From NCBI GenBank assembly GCA_000708835.1, contig DF237404.1, positions 1 to 64,000 on the forward strand: a DNA stretch of 64,000 nt. Reading direction: 5' to 3'. Both the position numbers and the translations under genes were made by a program. Below, piece after piece: positions 1 to 13,099 of this stretch (its first letter is position 1; each line of letters opens with the position of its first letter). Source of the DNA: Klebsormidium nitens. Its lineage: Eukaryota > Plantae > Klebsormidiophyceae. The notes beneath the pieces were generated by a model. It made no database searches, was not told the origin of the DNA, and worked only from the letters and a program-made list of their open reading frames with translations.

Positions 1-1485
1 TCTCTCCGCCTCCCGACCGAATCTGGCTAAAGCGCCAAGCGCCTGTCCCGCTGCCTCCCCTGGAAGACTATCCCGAGCCGCGCGCAGCACCAACTGAAAC
101 GGCAAGCCTCCAGTCTCAACCCCATCCGAGACAGCCTCCGAAAGAAACTGCTCACCGGATCGGACGAACCGCCCCGCGGTCAAGCTCCCAACCAGCGCCG
201 GGTCTCAATCCGCCCGGCGCAAGCTTACCCGGCTATGCCGCTACAGCCTACAGCCTCCTCGCTTCTAGTTTGCAACATCATTGGGCACCATGCATGATGT
301 GTATACGAACTTAGTACTGAGTACGTACGCGTACGACAACTTCAATCTATGCATGCAGTGATTTGCCGGGCCAGTAAAATCCGGCCTGGCCGGGTACGTA
401 AGTTGCAGCTAGGTGCATCTAATGATTCTCAATCATGGCTGGCATGGTTTGTTTTGGTACGGTGCATATCAGTACAATTTAAGTTGGATCCGCAGATCTG
501 CATGAGAGAGGCACATGAGAGAGGCCGCGCGGCTGCATAGCTCGAGCTCCGAACTTCGGAAGCCAGATTCTAAGTATATCGCGGCTTATACAGCCTGTTC
601 AAGCGACCGTCACTGACTGTTTCATCTCGTGTGTGTACGTAGCTTAATTGATCAAATACGCAATGCCGTTGCTGCCATGTATACGTCCATGACTGAAACG
701 GTCTGGTCAAAATATAGCAGTATCCCTCATGTAATGCACGTATGTCGCTGCACCTACTACCTTCAGGCAAGAGACTTGCTGGATGATAACTACATATCGC
801 AAATTAGGTACATGCACGTCGCAGGTCTGATTCAAACTCTTCCACACTCATCGATCATGGGGAAAGAGATTCAACATCAACCCTTAAACTTACTCGACTC
901 CCCAACCGTTGAGCTTTCCATGAATTTCTGAAGATCTTACTGCACTGCAAAGGTGTGCTGGGCACTCATCTTAAAGGTGGTTCACTTCACGATCGGGTCT
1001 GCAATGGTACTACACTCTGGCTGTGTCTTCCAAGCATAAAACTCTGAGTGACGCAACGGGCAGTACTGTTACTCAGTAATCTATGACTAATCATATGGGG
1101 GGAATCAAACGTAAACTAAACGTAAGCGCAACGACTGTTCCTTACAGTTTAAACGGTGTGAATTTAAGCAAGTCAAACCAGTGCTGTTTTGATCTCAGCC
1201 CCTCCCGATCATTCCTGACCGGCGCAAAACCACTCCTCCTCGAATGCTCAACTGTGCAATGCAACCTTGAAAATATTTCTACAAAGCCCGCACTCGCTTG
1301 TGGGCGCGGGCTGCCCTTACTGCAACGCTCTTATTTAGTTTACACCTTCATCAAGTAAGGGACGCCGCCTTGATCGAAGCGCCCGCTTTCTACTGCTTTC
1401 AAGCTCTCCACTATATACCACAATCCGCCGCAAGCGCCACCTCTCATCAAAAGCTGTCGCTGTTAAACCGAGTCCCGTGGTAACG

Positions 1486-4400
1486 TCAAGGATCTTCTGT
1501 CGGGGGCCACAGTGCCGGCACCTGATAGGCCAACGGATTTGGCGGAAGGAACGCGGGGTTTAAACCCTGTTGCGGAAAAGCGACCGCGCCCGGTTGCAAG
1601 AGCGACGCCAGGTACTGTTGCTGGGCTGCGGGCGTCATGAGCCACAACGGGTGCTGCCCAGGGGGGCACCAAAGCTGCTGAAACGCAGCCCCTCCCTGCG
1701 CGAGCCGTCCAAAAAGCTCGCTCATCTCCGCTACCATGCTGTCGTTCACCTGCTTGTGCTGTCCCGTTTCCTGTAGCTGCGAAGCCCACCCCATAAGCAA
1801 GCTGTTCGCCCTGCCCGTTTCTAGCAGGGAGCTGTGGGACTGTCCGAGCTCTGACTTCGCCGGTGGGTTGACCTCCGGGTTAACCGGACCCAACACTGGA
1901 ACCGGCGGGCCATACCCGCAATCCATGCCCCCAAGTTGAGAAACCGCCGCAGCGGGGTAGGGGTACGGTTTACAGAGGAGAGGCTGTGGGTCCCCGGCGC
2001 CCCCGCCATTATCTCCACGAAAAGGAGCATCAAGCATAGCGCTGCGTTCTGGCGGAACGGGAAGAGAGAAAGGTCCAGAAGGCATCTGCGGCCACCCCGG
2101 TCCGATCGCTATCCCGCCCCCGAAACTCAGAGCCACCGGCACAGAGGCTGCTGCTTCCCGACCAGAGACTGCCTTCTCCGCTAAGGTTCCAAAAGCAGGT
2201 CCCCGTCCTAGCTGCAAGAAGGTCGGACTCTCTGGATCCGAGCCCCTCTCCCCTTGTACCTGCGCATGTGCTTGCGCCACCTGTCCAGTCCTGAGTAGAG
2301 ACAGACCCTGGCGAGACCCGCTTCTTGTCTGCTGGGGGGCTGTGTCCTCCCCCCCCGGACTGACGCTGCTGAAGCGGGGGGACCCGTCCGATGCTAACTC
2401 CCCTGCCGTTTCCGGAAACCCGACGCGGGCAATCTTGAGCGCCCTCTCGCCCTCGCACTCCGCAGACTCCTCCCTCAGATCCGGCCCCAGGTTTCCCGTA
2501 CTTCCCCCCCTTCTGTCCCCGCTGTCTCCGTCCCCCCGCCGCCGGTTCCGCTTACCCACGCTCCTCTCTTCCAGCCTACACGCAGCAAGGGCAACCTGTT
2601 CGACGTCCGACGATTCGGCCCTCCCCTCCTCGCTAACCCCCGTCCTGAACCCTTTCGTAACCCCAATGCTATCACCGCAGTTCTCAGTATCCTGCACGGA
2701 CCCCTCCCTTCCTCGCCTGTCGGAACAGTCTCTTGCCCCCCCTACGTTGGACGACTCTGGCCCACTCTCGTAGTTGTCAGCGGCTGGGGGCTCGTTAAGG
2801 TCGAGCAGAGCGTGGTTCCCTCTCGGGGGGGGGCCTTCAGACAGCTCCTGAGTGGTGGCGCTGTAAGGGTGGCCAGAATGGTCTGATGCGGCCGATCGTC
2901 GCGAACCGCGGGGGCTTACGGAGCGGCCGTCAGGGCCAGAGGAACGTCCGTCCAAGAGGCGCTGGGTGCGGCGCTCCTCCGTCTTACTGCATGCGGCGAG
3001 AACCACAAAGTCAGGGGGTCCGACAAGTATGAGTGGGAGATGCTGGTCTCATTTTCCCAACATTGGCTGCCCCTACGAGCTGCTCTTGAAAGGCGGCAAG
3101 ATCGAGATTGAGCTTTCCTGCACTTCCAGTCCCAGGAGAAGGATCAAATTCAATGGTCGAGAGACCACTCTCAGGACAATATTGCAAGCCCGTCAGCACT
3201 GTTCTGGTTATCAAAAGCCAAATCAATCCCCTGCAGTCTTTTCCTGACAACAGACCAATACGAGAGAGGAAACGAACCAGAAACGAATTACCAAAATAAC
3301 CTGAGCTACAAGATGCCAAACCCCCAACCTCAGAAGCTTCAGTCAAACAAACGAACAAACAAACAAACATCCCTGATGAGCAAGTTAAAGATTTGAGGGA
3401 AACTCAGACACGCTGAACTAATTTGATTGCTTACTGGGGATATCTTCCATTTGTGCAGGCAGCCTCACAGCACGTTGACAACGCCTGGATCGAACGAGGG
3501 GGACTACCAAAAGAGTTTGGGGCCCATGATGTGGACCAGAATGCCAAAGGCGACACGCCTACAAATAAACCTTTGCCCAACAAAATCAACAGGGAACAAG
3601 AGACGGAGCTTGCTCACGTGCGCCGCAGAATCGAGTTGAAGTGGTTCTTAACCGCGTTGTCCGTTCTTCCTGGCAGTAGCTTTGCAATGGTAGCCCACTT
3701 GTTTCCGTGAACCGTATGCGCCTGGAGGATGATGTCATCTTCCTCCGCTGTGAAGGGCCGCTTCTCGACATCAGGATTGAGCTGCAAAGCAGACAGCAAG
3801 TGAGCAACCCTGCATGCAAGTAGCCTCTACAACTTCACAGACCGCAGGATCAGTTGAAAGATGAAGCAGAAAAGGATGGGGGGAAGCATTTCCAAGTCGT
3901 AAACTTTCAGTGGGAAGCACAATGGAAGCTGCCAGAACTGGAGAGTCTGATATGCATAATGCGCACTATCAATGTGCTGTTTGGGCAATTGCTCAAAAGG
4001 GCGAAACAATACAAGGTAGCGACAGATGATGGGGATGCATGCGCCGACAATTTTTCGGTATGCTTTCCCTGAGCATTCTCAGTCCTTGATGTCTTTGGTC
4101 TGCTTTTACCTATTTTTCCTCTGCACCTATCTGTACACTGAACATGACGTTCATTCAAGGATTCCTCCAGCATGTTGAAGACACTGCTTTGACCTCACAA
4201 TCACTTAACAGAACCAAGCCACGCACTAACCCTGCCGATATCCATGCCCCTCCCTCTGACATTGAGCCAAAAAGAACGGCCTTGCCTTCTGGAAACAAGG
4301 AACAAGCCACCAGATGCAAACCGTCCACAACTGAGAGCCATGTTTTAGAAAAATGAACACCGCCGACAACCTACAAGCTGCTACGAAGGTACAGGCACAA

Positions 4401-5558
4401 TGCGTCACGCACCTGGTTGCACCATCGCAGCCTGCAGCTCTTGGCGCTGCGGCCGGCCATGACCGGCGATATGAAGTGCCAGTTCCGGGCCCCAAACTTC
4501 TTGACCAGTCGGCTCAGCAGATTGTCCTCCTCAGGGCTCCACCAGCCTTTCACCTGCTTGCAAACAAAACTTAAGTTCATTGGACAATGGGGAAGGCAAC
4601 AAGCAGGATGACCTGCTTAGGAGAGGGAGGATGCCTACCCTTTCAGGGCACTGCAAGCAGAAACAATGTGGAACGAAACCCTTGGGAAAGACACAGGATG
4701 TTTGGCAGCGGCATTGTCAATTGACCGGCTGAGCTTCACAGGGATTGGTATTGAGTTCTAAGGGTCCCGATGCATTGTATTACTCCATCTGGAATTGAAA
4801 AGGATGATTAGGCAATTGATGGAAGCTGAACACAAAAGGCAAGCTAAAATCGTTATGAACACGTCCTACTAAAATATACGCATCTGATACAGTTGTTCAT
4901 GCAATCACAAACAGTGAACCTCCCCAGAATCTTTGAAAGTTTCACAACAAAATGGCCTTGCTGTAGCTGACAGAGGAAAGTGCAGGTCAATCTGTTTCTG
5001 TCAAGGAAACTTGGCGATGTAACTAAGGAATCAACCACTTCAAACAAGTAAACCCATAAGCAGATTTCATCTCAACGATTTGTCCACCGGGGTATTCGAT
5101 CTAAGAGGCCTCTCCAATAAAAGCGCAGCCATAACGTGCGACAATGTGAGATAAGGTAACTTCTGCCAGATATTGAACACCCCTAAACCCAAGTCACTGA
5201 AACCCTTTCTACTCACAGCTCATCAATCACTTTCATCGTCTCCCAATATCCGTACCGCAACTCCGATAAGGTCAAGACAGCACATGCTGGATTGCCAGAC
5301 TCTCTCGTTTAAGCGATTGACTTTGTAGCAGCGGGTAGTCAAGCTCACCTCCACACCATCGGGACTTCCCATGTACTTCCTCCACTTGGCCACCGACTGT
5401 GCCAACCTCTGCAGTTCTTTCTCATCCTCATCTGTCCAGCCCTCTTGAGCAAGAACGGCCCACCTAATCTGGCTCTCAGTCCACCGTGCTCGCTGGTTCT
5501 CTGTCGGTACCTTGACCTGGCCGTCCCTAATATCTTCAGCAGCTGCAGATGAGGCCAT
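1486..5558 (-). CDS. R2R3-MYB transcription factor (MYB-1), S22/S23-like, 4 exons, ~671 aa
   Basis: Exons 5558-5349, 4553-4413, 3781-3618, 2986-1486 join in phase with GT-AG sites (2016 nt). R2 [25 protein letters not shown]...CRLRWCNQ; R3 [42 protein letters not shown]. Long low-complexity C-terminus with LLDLNEPP (DLNxxP EAR-like). First exon assigned by phase fit only. Confidence 0.9.
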
Positions 5559-6229
5559 GCTGTCCAGTACAGTGTAGCCCGGGCTTAATTAACATTTAAC
5601 AAACACCTATTCTAGAGTACCCTGTTGCCTAGATCTACCTGTTGGTTTTGCGCTCGGTTGCTCATGTCACTATCTGTTGGTAGCGCTCTTTGCGGAGCAT
5701 CATGTATTGGTTCACGCCTGGAGCGTGCACGAACAGGAGCCTCCGAATCAATCAAGCATCCAGTAAAATCAAACTTTTCAAATCAAACACAGTCCAAAAA
5801 ACCAGACCTCCCGCCAACACTTGGGCACACAACAATCCCCAATACATTTGCCCACCCCCCATTGCGCATCCTCACCCCCGGGGCCAGCCCATTGATCTTG
5901 TCGCCCAGGTCACCTTGCTGCACTAGCTCGAACCCAATTCCGAGCAAACCTGGCCCCCCTTTCAAACGCGAGTGCAGACCTGCCTTCCTCCGACTTTGAG
6001 AGACCCTTGCATTGACAAACAACCGTTTCCATGGAGCATCCATTCGATATGCCCCAGAGAAACTGGTGCCTATGCCTGTGAATCCGATGAACAGAGGCAC
6101 GCACGCCGGCCCGCGGAGGGTGCCATTCACGAGAGAAGCTGGAGCACAACCGTATCTGGAAACCGCCCCTCAGCTAGCGCCTCGGCCCTCGGGGCCTGCG
6201 ACGGTTTCAAACTTTCAAAGTTTCATGGG

Positions 6230-6960
6230 ATGGCGTACCTGTAGGGGCCGAACTGTATCGCCGGTGGGGCGTACGGTATGCACAGAGCACCTATGATACC
6301 TACTGCCCAAACTGTAGGCACCTGCCGTAAGTAGGTAAGGCAGATGAGTGTGAACAGGCACGACGTTGGATCGGATGATATCGAAAGAGGAAGCTAGACG
6401 TGCGGTTTACCGATTCTACGGTAGGTACCTAGAACCCACTGCCCAGGGGCCAGTACGTACTTCCGGTACCTGCCTACCTACATGTGCGAGTTGCAACGGT
6501 TGCAACCGTGCCAGTACCGTACGTGTGCCACCTCGCCACATGCTGGTGACGGCGCTCGCGGCTCCACCATTGGAATTTGGCACCAGCCGGCGGCCGCACG
6601 GGCATGAGGGTAGGTACCTGGTAGGTACCTACCTACCTTTTGGCGCCGGCTACCTTTTGCGGCTTGCCACTGGTTTTGGCTGATGTCAGCTGACAAGCGT
6701 TCAGGCTTTGCTACTGGCCAGATAACCGGTATGGTACCGTATTAGTAACCTGAAAGATACCGTGCCTGTAGGCTGTACCGTACCTGTAATCTGTACAGTG
6801 TAACCTGATTCCTGAAAGATACCTACCGTACCGTAGGTACCTGTGACCTGTAAGATAGGTACCTAGGTACATACCTAGTACAATGTACAGCAGGTACAGA
6901 GGTACCTACCTCTAACCTACCAAGTAAGTTGTAACCGGTCTACTGGTACCTGCTCCATAA
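6230..6960. repeat. GTAC/GGTACC-rich degenerate repeat block, probably a decayed TE
   Basis: Dense GTAC, GGTACC and TACC motifs, e.g. 14-bp palindrome GGTAGGTACCTACC at 6620-6633; no credible ORF. Confidence 0.55.
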
Positions 6961-7664
6961 TGATGAGTTGGAAAATCATCATACTTGGTAGGTAGTGACG
7001 TAAATCACTCCCGACTTCCGACTCCTCGACTCCCGAGTCCCAGGGCCACGGTGGACCGTGGCACAGTCAGTCGGATCATGGATGTCCACGGCCCAGAGTC
7101 CGATCACTGCAATCAGTGCTCACTGCTGACTCACGAGTCACGAGGTGCCGGACTGGATTTTGCGCAGTGGCGTATCGCAGATTCGGTAGAACGAGAGCCG
7201 TAGATCGGTGTAGAATTCCCAAGTAGTTTAGTTGGACCATTCAAAGTTGCCAGTGTGATCATCGATGTATGGTAGGTAGATCCCACCGTCCGTCCGTCGT
7301 CTGCTCCGGGATTTCGATCAGCGCTGAAGTCGCAGCAATGATGCATGACTTCTGTCGAGACTCGAATCATGGATACCTCATCCAGCGCCGCGTGGAGCTT
7401 GCTAGCTTCCGCTCACAGAAGTGTGTGCACTTTGTACTATGTAGGTACAGTGTACACAAAGGTTACCGTACGTACGGTACAAAAAAGCCGGCTGCTAGAG
7501 CAGTGTTAATACCACGATCGAGGTTTTGAGATGGCCGGCTGCCCAGAGGGGCACCCTCGAAACAGTCGGTTGGAACTTCAAGGAAAGGGTCTGGACTCTG
7601 TTGGTCGGTTTACCAGGGCGGACCACTTTATATTTGGTCGGTTCTCAGTGGGCCGGATGATACT

Positions 7665-7853
7665 TCTCGATTTCATGTTGACTAAGAGCATGTTGACTAA
7701 AGAAGTGCTCGGGGACACAAACAAACTAAAAACCTAAACCCACAGTTAACACGCTCCGCACCGGCGTAAACACCCTAACCCCCAATCCAACCCTACCCGT
7801 CCCCCGGGCGCCCTCCTTAGTCAACATGGTCCTTAGTCAACATGAAATCGAGA
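7665..7853. mobile_element. MITE-like foldback element A with telomere-like core
   Basis: Perfect 22-bp terminal inverted repeat (7665-7686 / 7832-7853). Each arm has 2 copies of CATGTTGACTAA. Core has CCCTAA-like motifs and is homologous to the element at 23863. No target-site duplication seen. Confidence 0.75.
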
Positions 7854-10800
7854 CAAGTGGCCGGTTGGGACTTAATTCGAGGCCGGTTCCGTGGGTCGAA
7901 CCTTGCCAGCTGCTTTGCAGAGGCACTGATCTGGCCAGTTTCTCGAGTGACACTGCACTGAGTAGGTATTGTATATCATACCGGCGTTGACCCAGTCACA
8001 GTATCAAGGATCCTAAATGTACAAGTAGTGCCAAGATTTGAAGGAAAGGTCTACCGACCACTTCCAGCCTAGCCGGTTGGGACCGACTTCTTAGAACGGG
8101 CCGGTTCAGCGAGCCGACCACCCTCATTGTGGTCGGCTCTCCAGCCGGCCTTCGGCCGGCTACTTCGCTCTGAGTCGGTCACTTGTGAAGGTGGTCGGCT
8201 GCAATACCCACTGCAAGTCGGTTTGTGGTAAAGGTAGGATAGGTACCGTGCCAGCCCCCCGAGCTGACATTTCTGAGATCTCTTGCTCAAACTTCATGCA
8301 GTACGTTCATCATGCAACTAGACGTGGGCTAGGAGGATACCCCCCGATCGAGGGCGGTATCCTCCTAGCACGGTTTATATAGCTTCGGAACAGCGCGTGG
8401 AGAACCCGGGCCGTATTGAGAGTGGTAGAAAAGCAGTTTGTGCCCGGTCGGCGGTGACCAACATCGATATACTCCCCGGGTACCGTCGAGCACTCGGTAC
8501 GTCCTGAATCTACACATGTGGTCGAGGCCGTCGATGCCTCGGCTCAAGTGGCATCGACAGTACTACTGAAGTACTGAGAGTCTGAGACCTTGAATCTACT
8601 TTGATTTAGGAATTCTTTAATCAATATATTCTGGCGTTCCGTCCGCTTATCATTACAATATAATGATTGATGAAAGCATCGCAACGGGGCGCCAGAGAAA
8701 CGTGCGCATTGAACGGTTATCAGAGGCTTTCAGTAAAACAACTGAGCGGTCGATGAAGCAGCTTGGACCGGCCGACGGTATGGATCAGCAAATAACTTGT
8801 CGTTTTGTGGCACGAGTCCGAAATTTCGTTAATTTGCAGCGTGGCACGTGAGAAGGTTTGTTGATTCTAGGTGTCTCCTAGCCAACTAGAATGGGCTAGG
8901 AGCCCTTCGGGCTGGTCCCCTCCTAGTATGGGCTCCGAGTCCGAGCCCGGGACCAACAGAAACCGGGTGTCAAAGGGTCGGAGGCGAGTCTGCCTGGCCG
9001 GGCGGATTGGACCGCGCCCAATCCGACTCGATTACAGCGGTCTAGTCGTCGACTCGTCTTTGGAAACTTACTTATACCGACCATTGCTGAAATGCCCGGT
9101 GGATGATTGCCGGCCGGTTGCGACTCTGGCCGGTATATTGGCTTGCCTTCCTAGGCAACCCTTAGGATTCCATCACGGATTTGCTCGATTTCGCCGTATG
9201 CGGGGCGGCGCGCGCCGGGCGGTTTCGGCGGGTTCGATTTCGAAAGTCTTAGATCTGGCTCCCCAAAATGGGCGGATAGGGCGCAAATCGAATGTCGACT
9301 GGGCCCCGGGAGCAAAGCGGCGTACCTGGTGATATATCGAAAATTTCCGGTTCGACAGTCCTGTGCCAATCTTTTCAATCTTCGGTTCAAGTACGTACAT
9401 ACGACACTGGACATTGTAGTGGAATGTTCGATAAGGTGCTACACTCCGGGCTCCGCAATTTTCGGCCGTACTCCGCGCTTTTCGGCAATATAAGGCAAGT
9501 CGGTCGGTATTGACGTGCTTCGATCGGTGATGACGTGCTTCGTCGAGCTTTCAAAAGGGGTTATGTTTCGGGTTTGTTTGATGGCTGTGATTCGAGCTTC
9601 TGCCTCTGGGTTGACGCAAAGAAAACCCAGAAAGTTCAGGGAGACATGTTTGCATATGCATGAGACCGGGTTCTTTTCCCGGTACGGTTGAAAAGTATGT
9701 ACCGTACGGTACTAGGTATCATCAATGGCAAGCCACGGTCCCCCGCAGGGGGACTGATCGGTTCACCGCTTGTTAGCTAGGTACTATTAGCCGCAAAACC
9801 GGCTTATTCATGCTACCTACCGTAATACCATTTCACCGTTCAAGTTTAACCGTGCCACGCTAATAGTCCGGATATCGCCTCGCCGTCGAAGTTGCCAAAG
9901 GGTTTTATGATAACAGATTTCATCATAACTGTCTTCCCGTCTGCGGTGGTGTAGGTATAGCCTATAGGGTATCAGCGACAGGTATCTGCCTGCCACGTGA
10001 TTCGACTTCGAAACACCTTTGATGGCTCCCAACTTCCAAGCAAACCGGCTGAGCAGAAAACCTGGGACGAGCGAAGGAGCCGCACCCTGGGAGCACCCGC
10101 GGGCCGCTCGTTCAACTTCATGGTTGTCAACTTGTCTGCATGAGAGCTGAAGGAAATATCGACCACCCTAGCTTTGACAGTGCGGGCCCTTTCTCCGTCG
10201 TGTCGAGCAAGAAAAGGTGCGATCAATGGTTTTGCAAAGGTTGGTGCATCGTATAAGAGAGACGTTGCAAAAGCCTCCCTGATTCTGCGGGTTGCGTCTG
10301 TTGGAAGTTTGTATTATACTGCTTGTCTCTACCGTATTTCGTGTTTTCGTTAGAAAGAATTCATTAGATCTTCAACTTGGTTCCAATCAATTGCTTAAGA
10401 TGGACTGGTGCAATCACTTTGTTGAACAGCAATTATTTTCATGCTCTTGTGGTGCATGGACAGTCGACATATGTTTTGCAACATTTCTCCAGAGACTCTG
10501 CTTTCACGCTTTACCAATCAGAGGCATATAATGGACATGTGGCAAGAAGCCAGTAGATGATATAAGCAATCACAACTGCTAAGAAACCCTAGCATCCAAC
10601 AATTGATACGATTGCGGAAACTCATTCATAGAAACCGTGCCTCTAGATTTTGGTGCTGTCCGCTCTTTACTTTTGCTTGAGGTTACCGAGGAAATATCTG
10701 CATTCAGCATTGTTAGCAAACACGGCCCCGCATGTTATGCAAGAAAGACATCGTTAATTGTCGTGGTGGCAAAAGAATATGTCATTTTAGGGTTCTGCCT

Positions 10801-11602
10801 CAGTTGGTAGCCTTTCTGATGTAGGTAGACAGATGAGTTGTTCTTCCTTCCGTAAGTGGTCTCAAATCGTCAAACATATAAGAGAGTTATGCAATTTTTG
10901 CGTGGCAAGGCAATTTGTCGGTTGCCTTTGTGCAAACACTGTGCTCTGAGGCCCGATCACTTTTGCCAAATCCCCTAGGACGAACAGTTTCCCCACATTG
11001 GGTGACTGCACAAGCTGTCGTACTGTGCGCAATGTTTCGTGCGCGCTTTCTCAATTACTGCAATCTTGGTGAATCCAGGTCCGTCCTTCAGTTCATTGAT
11101 TGGGGATTTGTTGGAGGATGGGAAGGATTTTTCACCAATTCACGGTGGGCTTGTGAGTGGGGACAAGTAGATGTGTCAGTGCCTCGCTGACTAGGGTTGA
11201 AATAAAAACTTTCTGCTTTGCGCATCTGCAGGTTCCAGCATTACGTCGAGTGGATTAGAGTTGGATACAAGCTGTCTATCAACAAGTGTTCAATTTGCGA
11301 CGGCAGAGACAGAAGTTTTGTGGGCAGAGTTTGAAGCAAGCAGGGGAACCCGTTCACTACTTGCTGCCAAGAAAGCGTCTCGTATTAGAGAGCAAGACGT
11401 TACCATTGCTGGGTACATTTGAATCCGGCGTTCGCTGGTGTCGCTGAGCGGGAAAAGACTTGTAGTCAAGTGTGAAGCATAGTTGTAAGTCTCAAGGCGC
11501 AGCTCTGGTCGGAGTTGGCTGCGCGCCCAGGTTGCAAACTGTGACGAGAGCTTTCGTGCAAGTATTAAGGTTGACTTGGGACTTTAACCTGGGAGGTTAG
11601 CC

Positions 11603-13099
11603 ATGTCTCGCCCAATGGCCTTGGGCCTGATTCTGCTGGTTTTGTTCCTAACTTCTCAGTCAGATTGGAAACCCCCCAAGGAGGCGCAGGACGAGAGCGA
11701 AGTAAAGGGGAGCAAGGCGGACTTGCATCGGGAAGAAATCAAAGAGAAGGTGGGAGTGAATATCTTACAATTTGCTCTCGATGCGGTGTCGAACGATTGA
11801 AGTCTTCAATCTTGCAACAAGCAATTGAGAGCGTATAGCTGTGCCGAGTCCTCTTCAGAAGCATCTCTGTTTGGGTTCGTTCTTTTTCGCACCCCCTCTC
11901 CAGTAACGTTACATGGCTGTGCTCTTCTCCAGGGGATGTCTTGCTCACAGATGCTAACAGCGTTCCGATTTCAGTATCTGGATCGATGGTGCATGTGCCC
12001 AGGCGGGGCTTTATCTTTCATCGCCTATGTCAAGGAGGCTTGTTGATAGGACTCTTCACTTGAGGCGATGGTATCATTGCTTCTACGTTGGTCTGATTAC
12101 TTGTACCTTATCCTGCTATGGTGAACTTTCAACGGAGTCTGGTCCTATTGCCGCAATTTGCTCCTGGCCTTGATGCAATCGTCCTTTCCATAGCTTGTCT
12201 TGCGAGAGACCTACGACTTCAGTTGTCAGCCGATGCCTATCGCCTATGTTGACTGACATTTCATTGTTCAAAGGCTCTCAACACCAAGCTTGCTTGCAGA
12301 CATCTCGGATGGTCGAGATCTTGCTGCAGAATTGAGGTCATGACAATTCAATAGCTTTCTGTTCGCATTGATGATACCTGCTAATAAGGCTGCTTGGAGG
12401 AACGTTAACAGAAATTCGCATCGGGCTTGTTGCTGGGCTTTGTCTCTTCGAAGAGAACGGAGAGTATCAAGCTCCCCGGGTCAAGATTGGGGGCCTCAGC
12501 TCTTAGACTCGGAGTCAATAAAGCTCGACTCCCCCCTCCTTTATTTGAAGATCTGTACAACGAAACTGGTTTGCGGGACAATAGTTGTAGACTACAGTGT
12601 CCTGATTGGTCGTATGATTGTATGCAACCTCACGCAAGGCAGTCTTGTGCTTTTCCAGATCATCGTCGATCTGACGGCCCACAACAAGCGGCTCGAATCC
12701 GCGAATCTGAAGCTTCGCACCATGGTGTCAAACGTCCAGGACTCCCTCAAAGATTGCGGGTGTGTCTCGCCGTATAACACCACCGCTTCGTTCCTCGAGC
12801 TTGAAGTTGGGTCCCAACAAGAGCCGAAGGCTGCTGACGTTTTAGAGAAGGAAGAAGTAGAGCTGCTCGGGGGGAGCGCGAGCTCGGGGAACGAGCAGTT
12901 GGGACAGAGCCGGTTAGAGAAAGTTAGGATGGGGCATGCTCTGGCAGGGGGGGTGCATCAGGGAGCCGAAGGTGAAGCGGATGCCCTGACGGTCTCCAAA
13001 AGAGAGCTAGGTATGGGTGGAGGGGAGCCATGGCGGCAGCTAGGGGCAGGGAGGGGGTATGACGAGGAGCAGACTCTGTTGGGAGAGGCTGGCTCATGA
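11603..13099 (+). CDS. Small plant-type protein of unknown function: N-terminal TM/signal anchor plus coiled coil, 2 exons
   Basis: Exon 11603-11749 (MSRPMALGLILLVLFLTSQSDWK...EEIKEK, GT donor) joins exon 12659-13099 (TTTTCCAG acceptor; IIVDLTAHNKRLESANLKL...) in phase 0. The start resembles a conserved land-plant MSRP...TSQ.EW family, recognised from memory only. Confidence 0.7.

Noticed and set aside
1-290. Possible first exon and intron of a minus-strand gene leaving the window (donor-like GG|GTAAGC near 228)
   Set aside because: No coding evidence within the window; cannot be supported.
3011-3370. 119-aa minus ORF as an extra MYB-1 exon
   Set aside because: Ends in a stop and looks intronic; exon 3618 joins 2986 directly in phase with a good branch point and acceptor.
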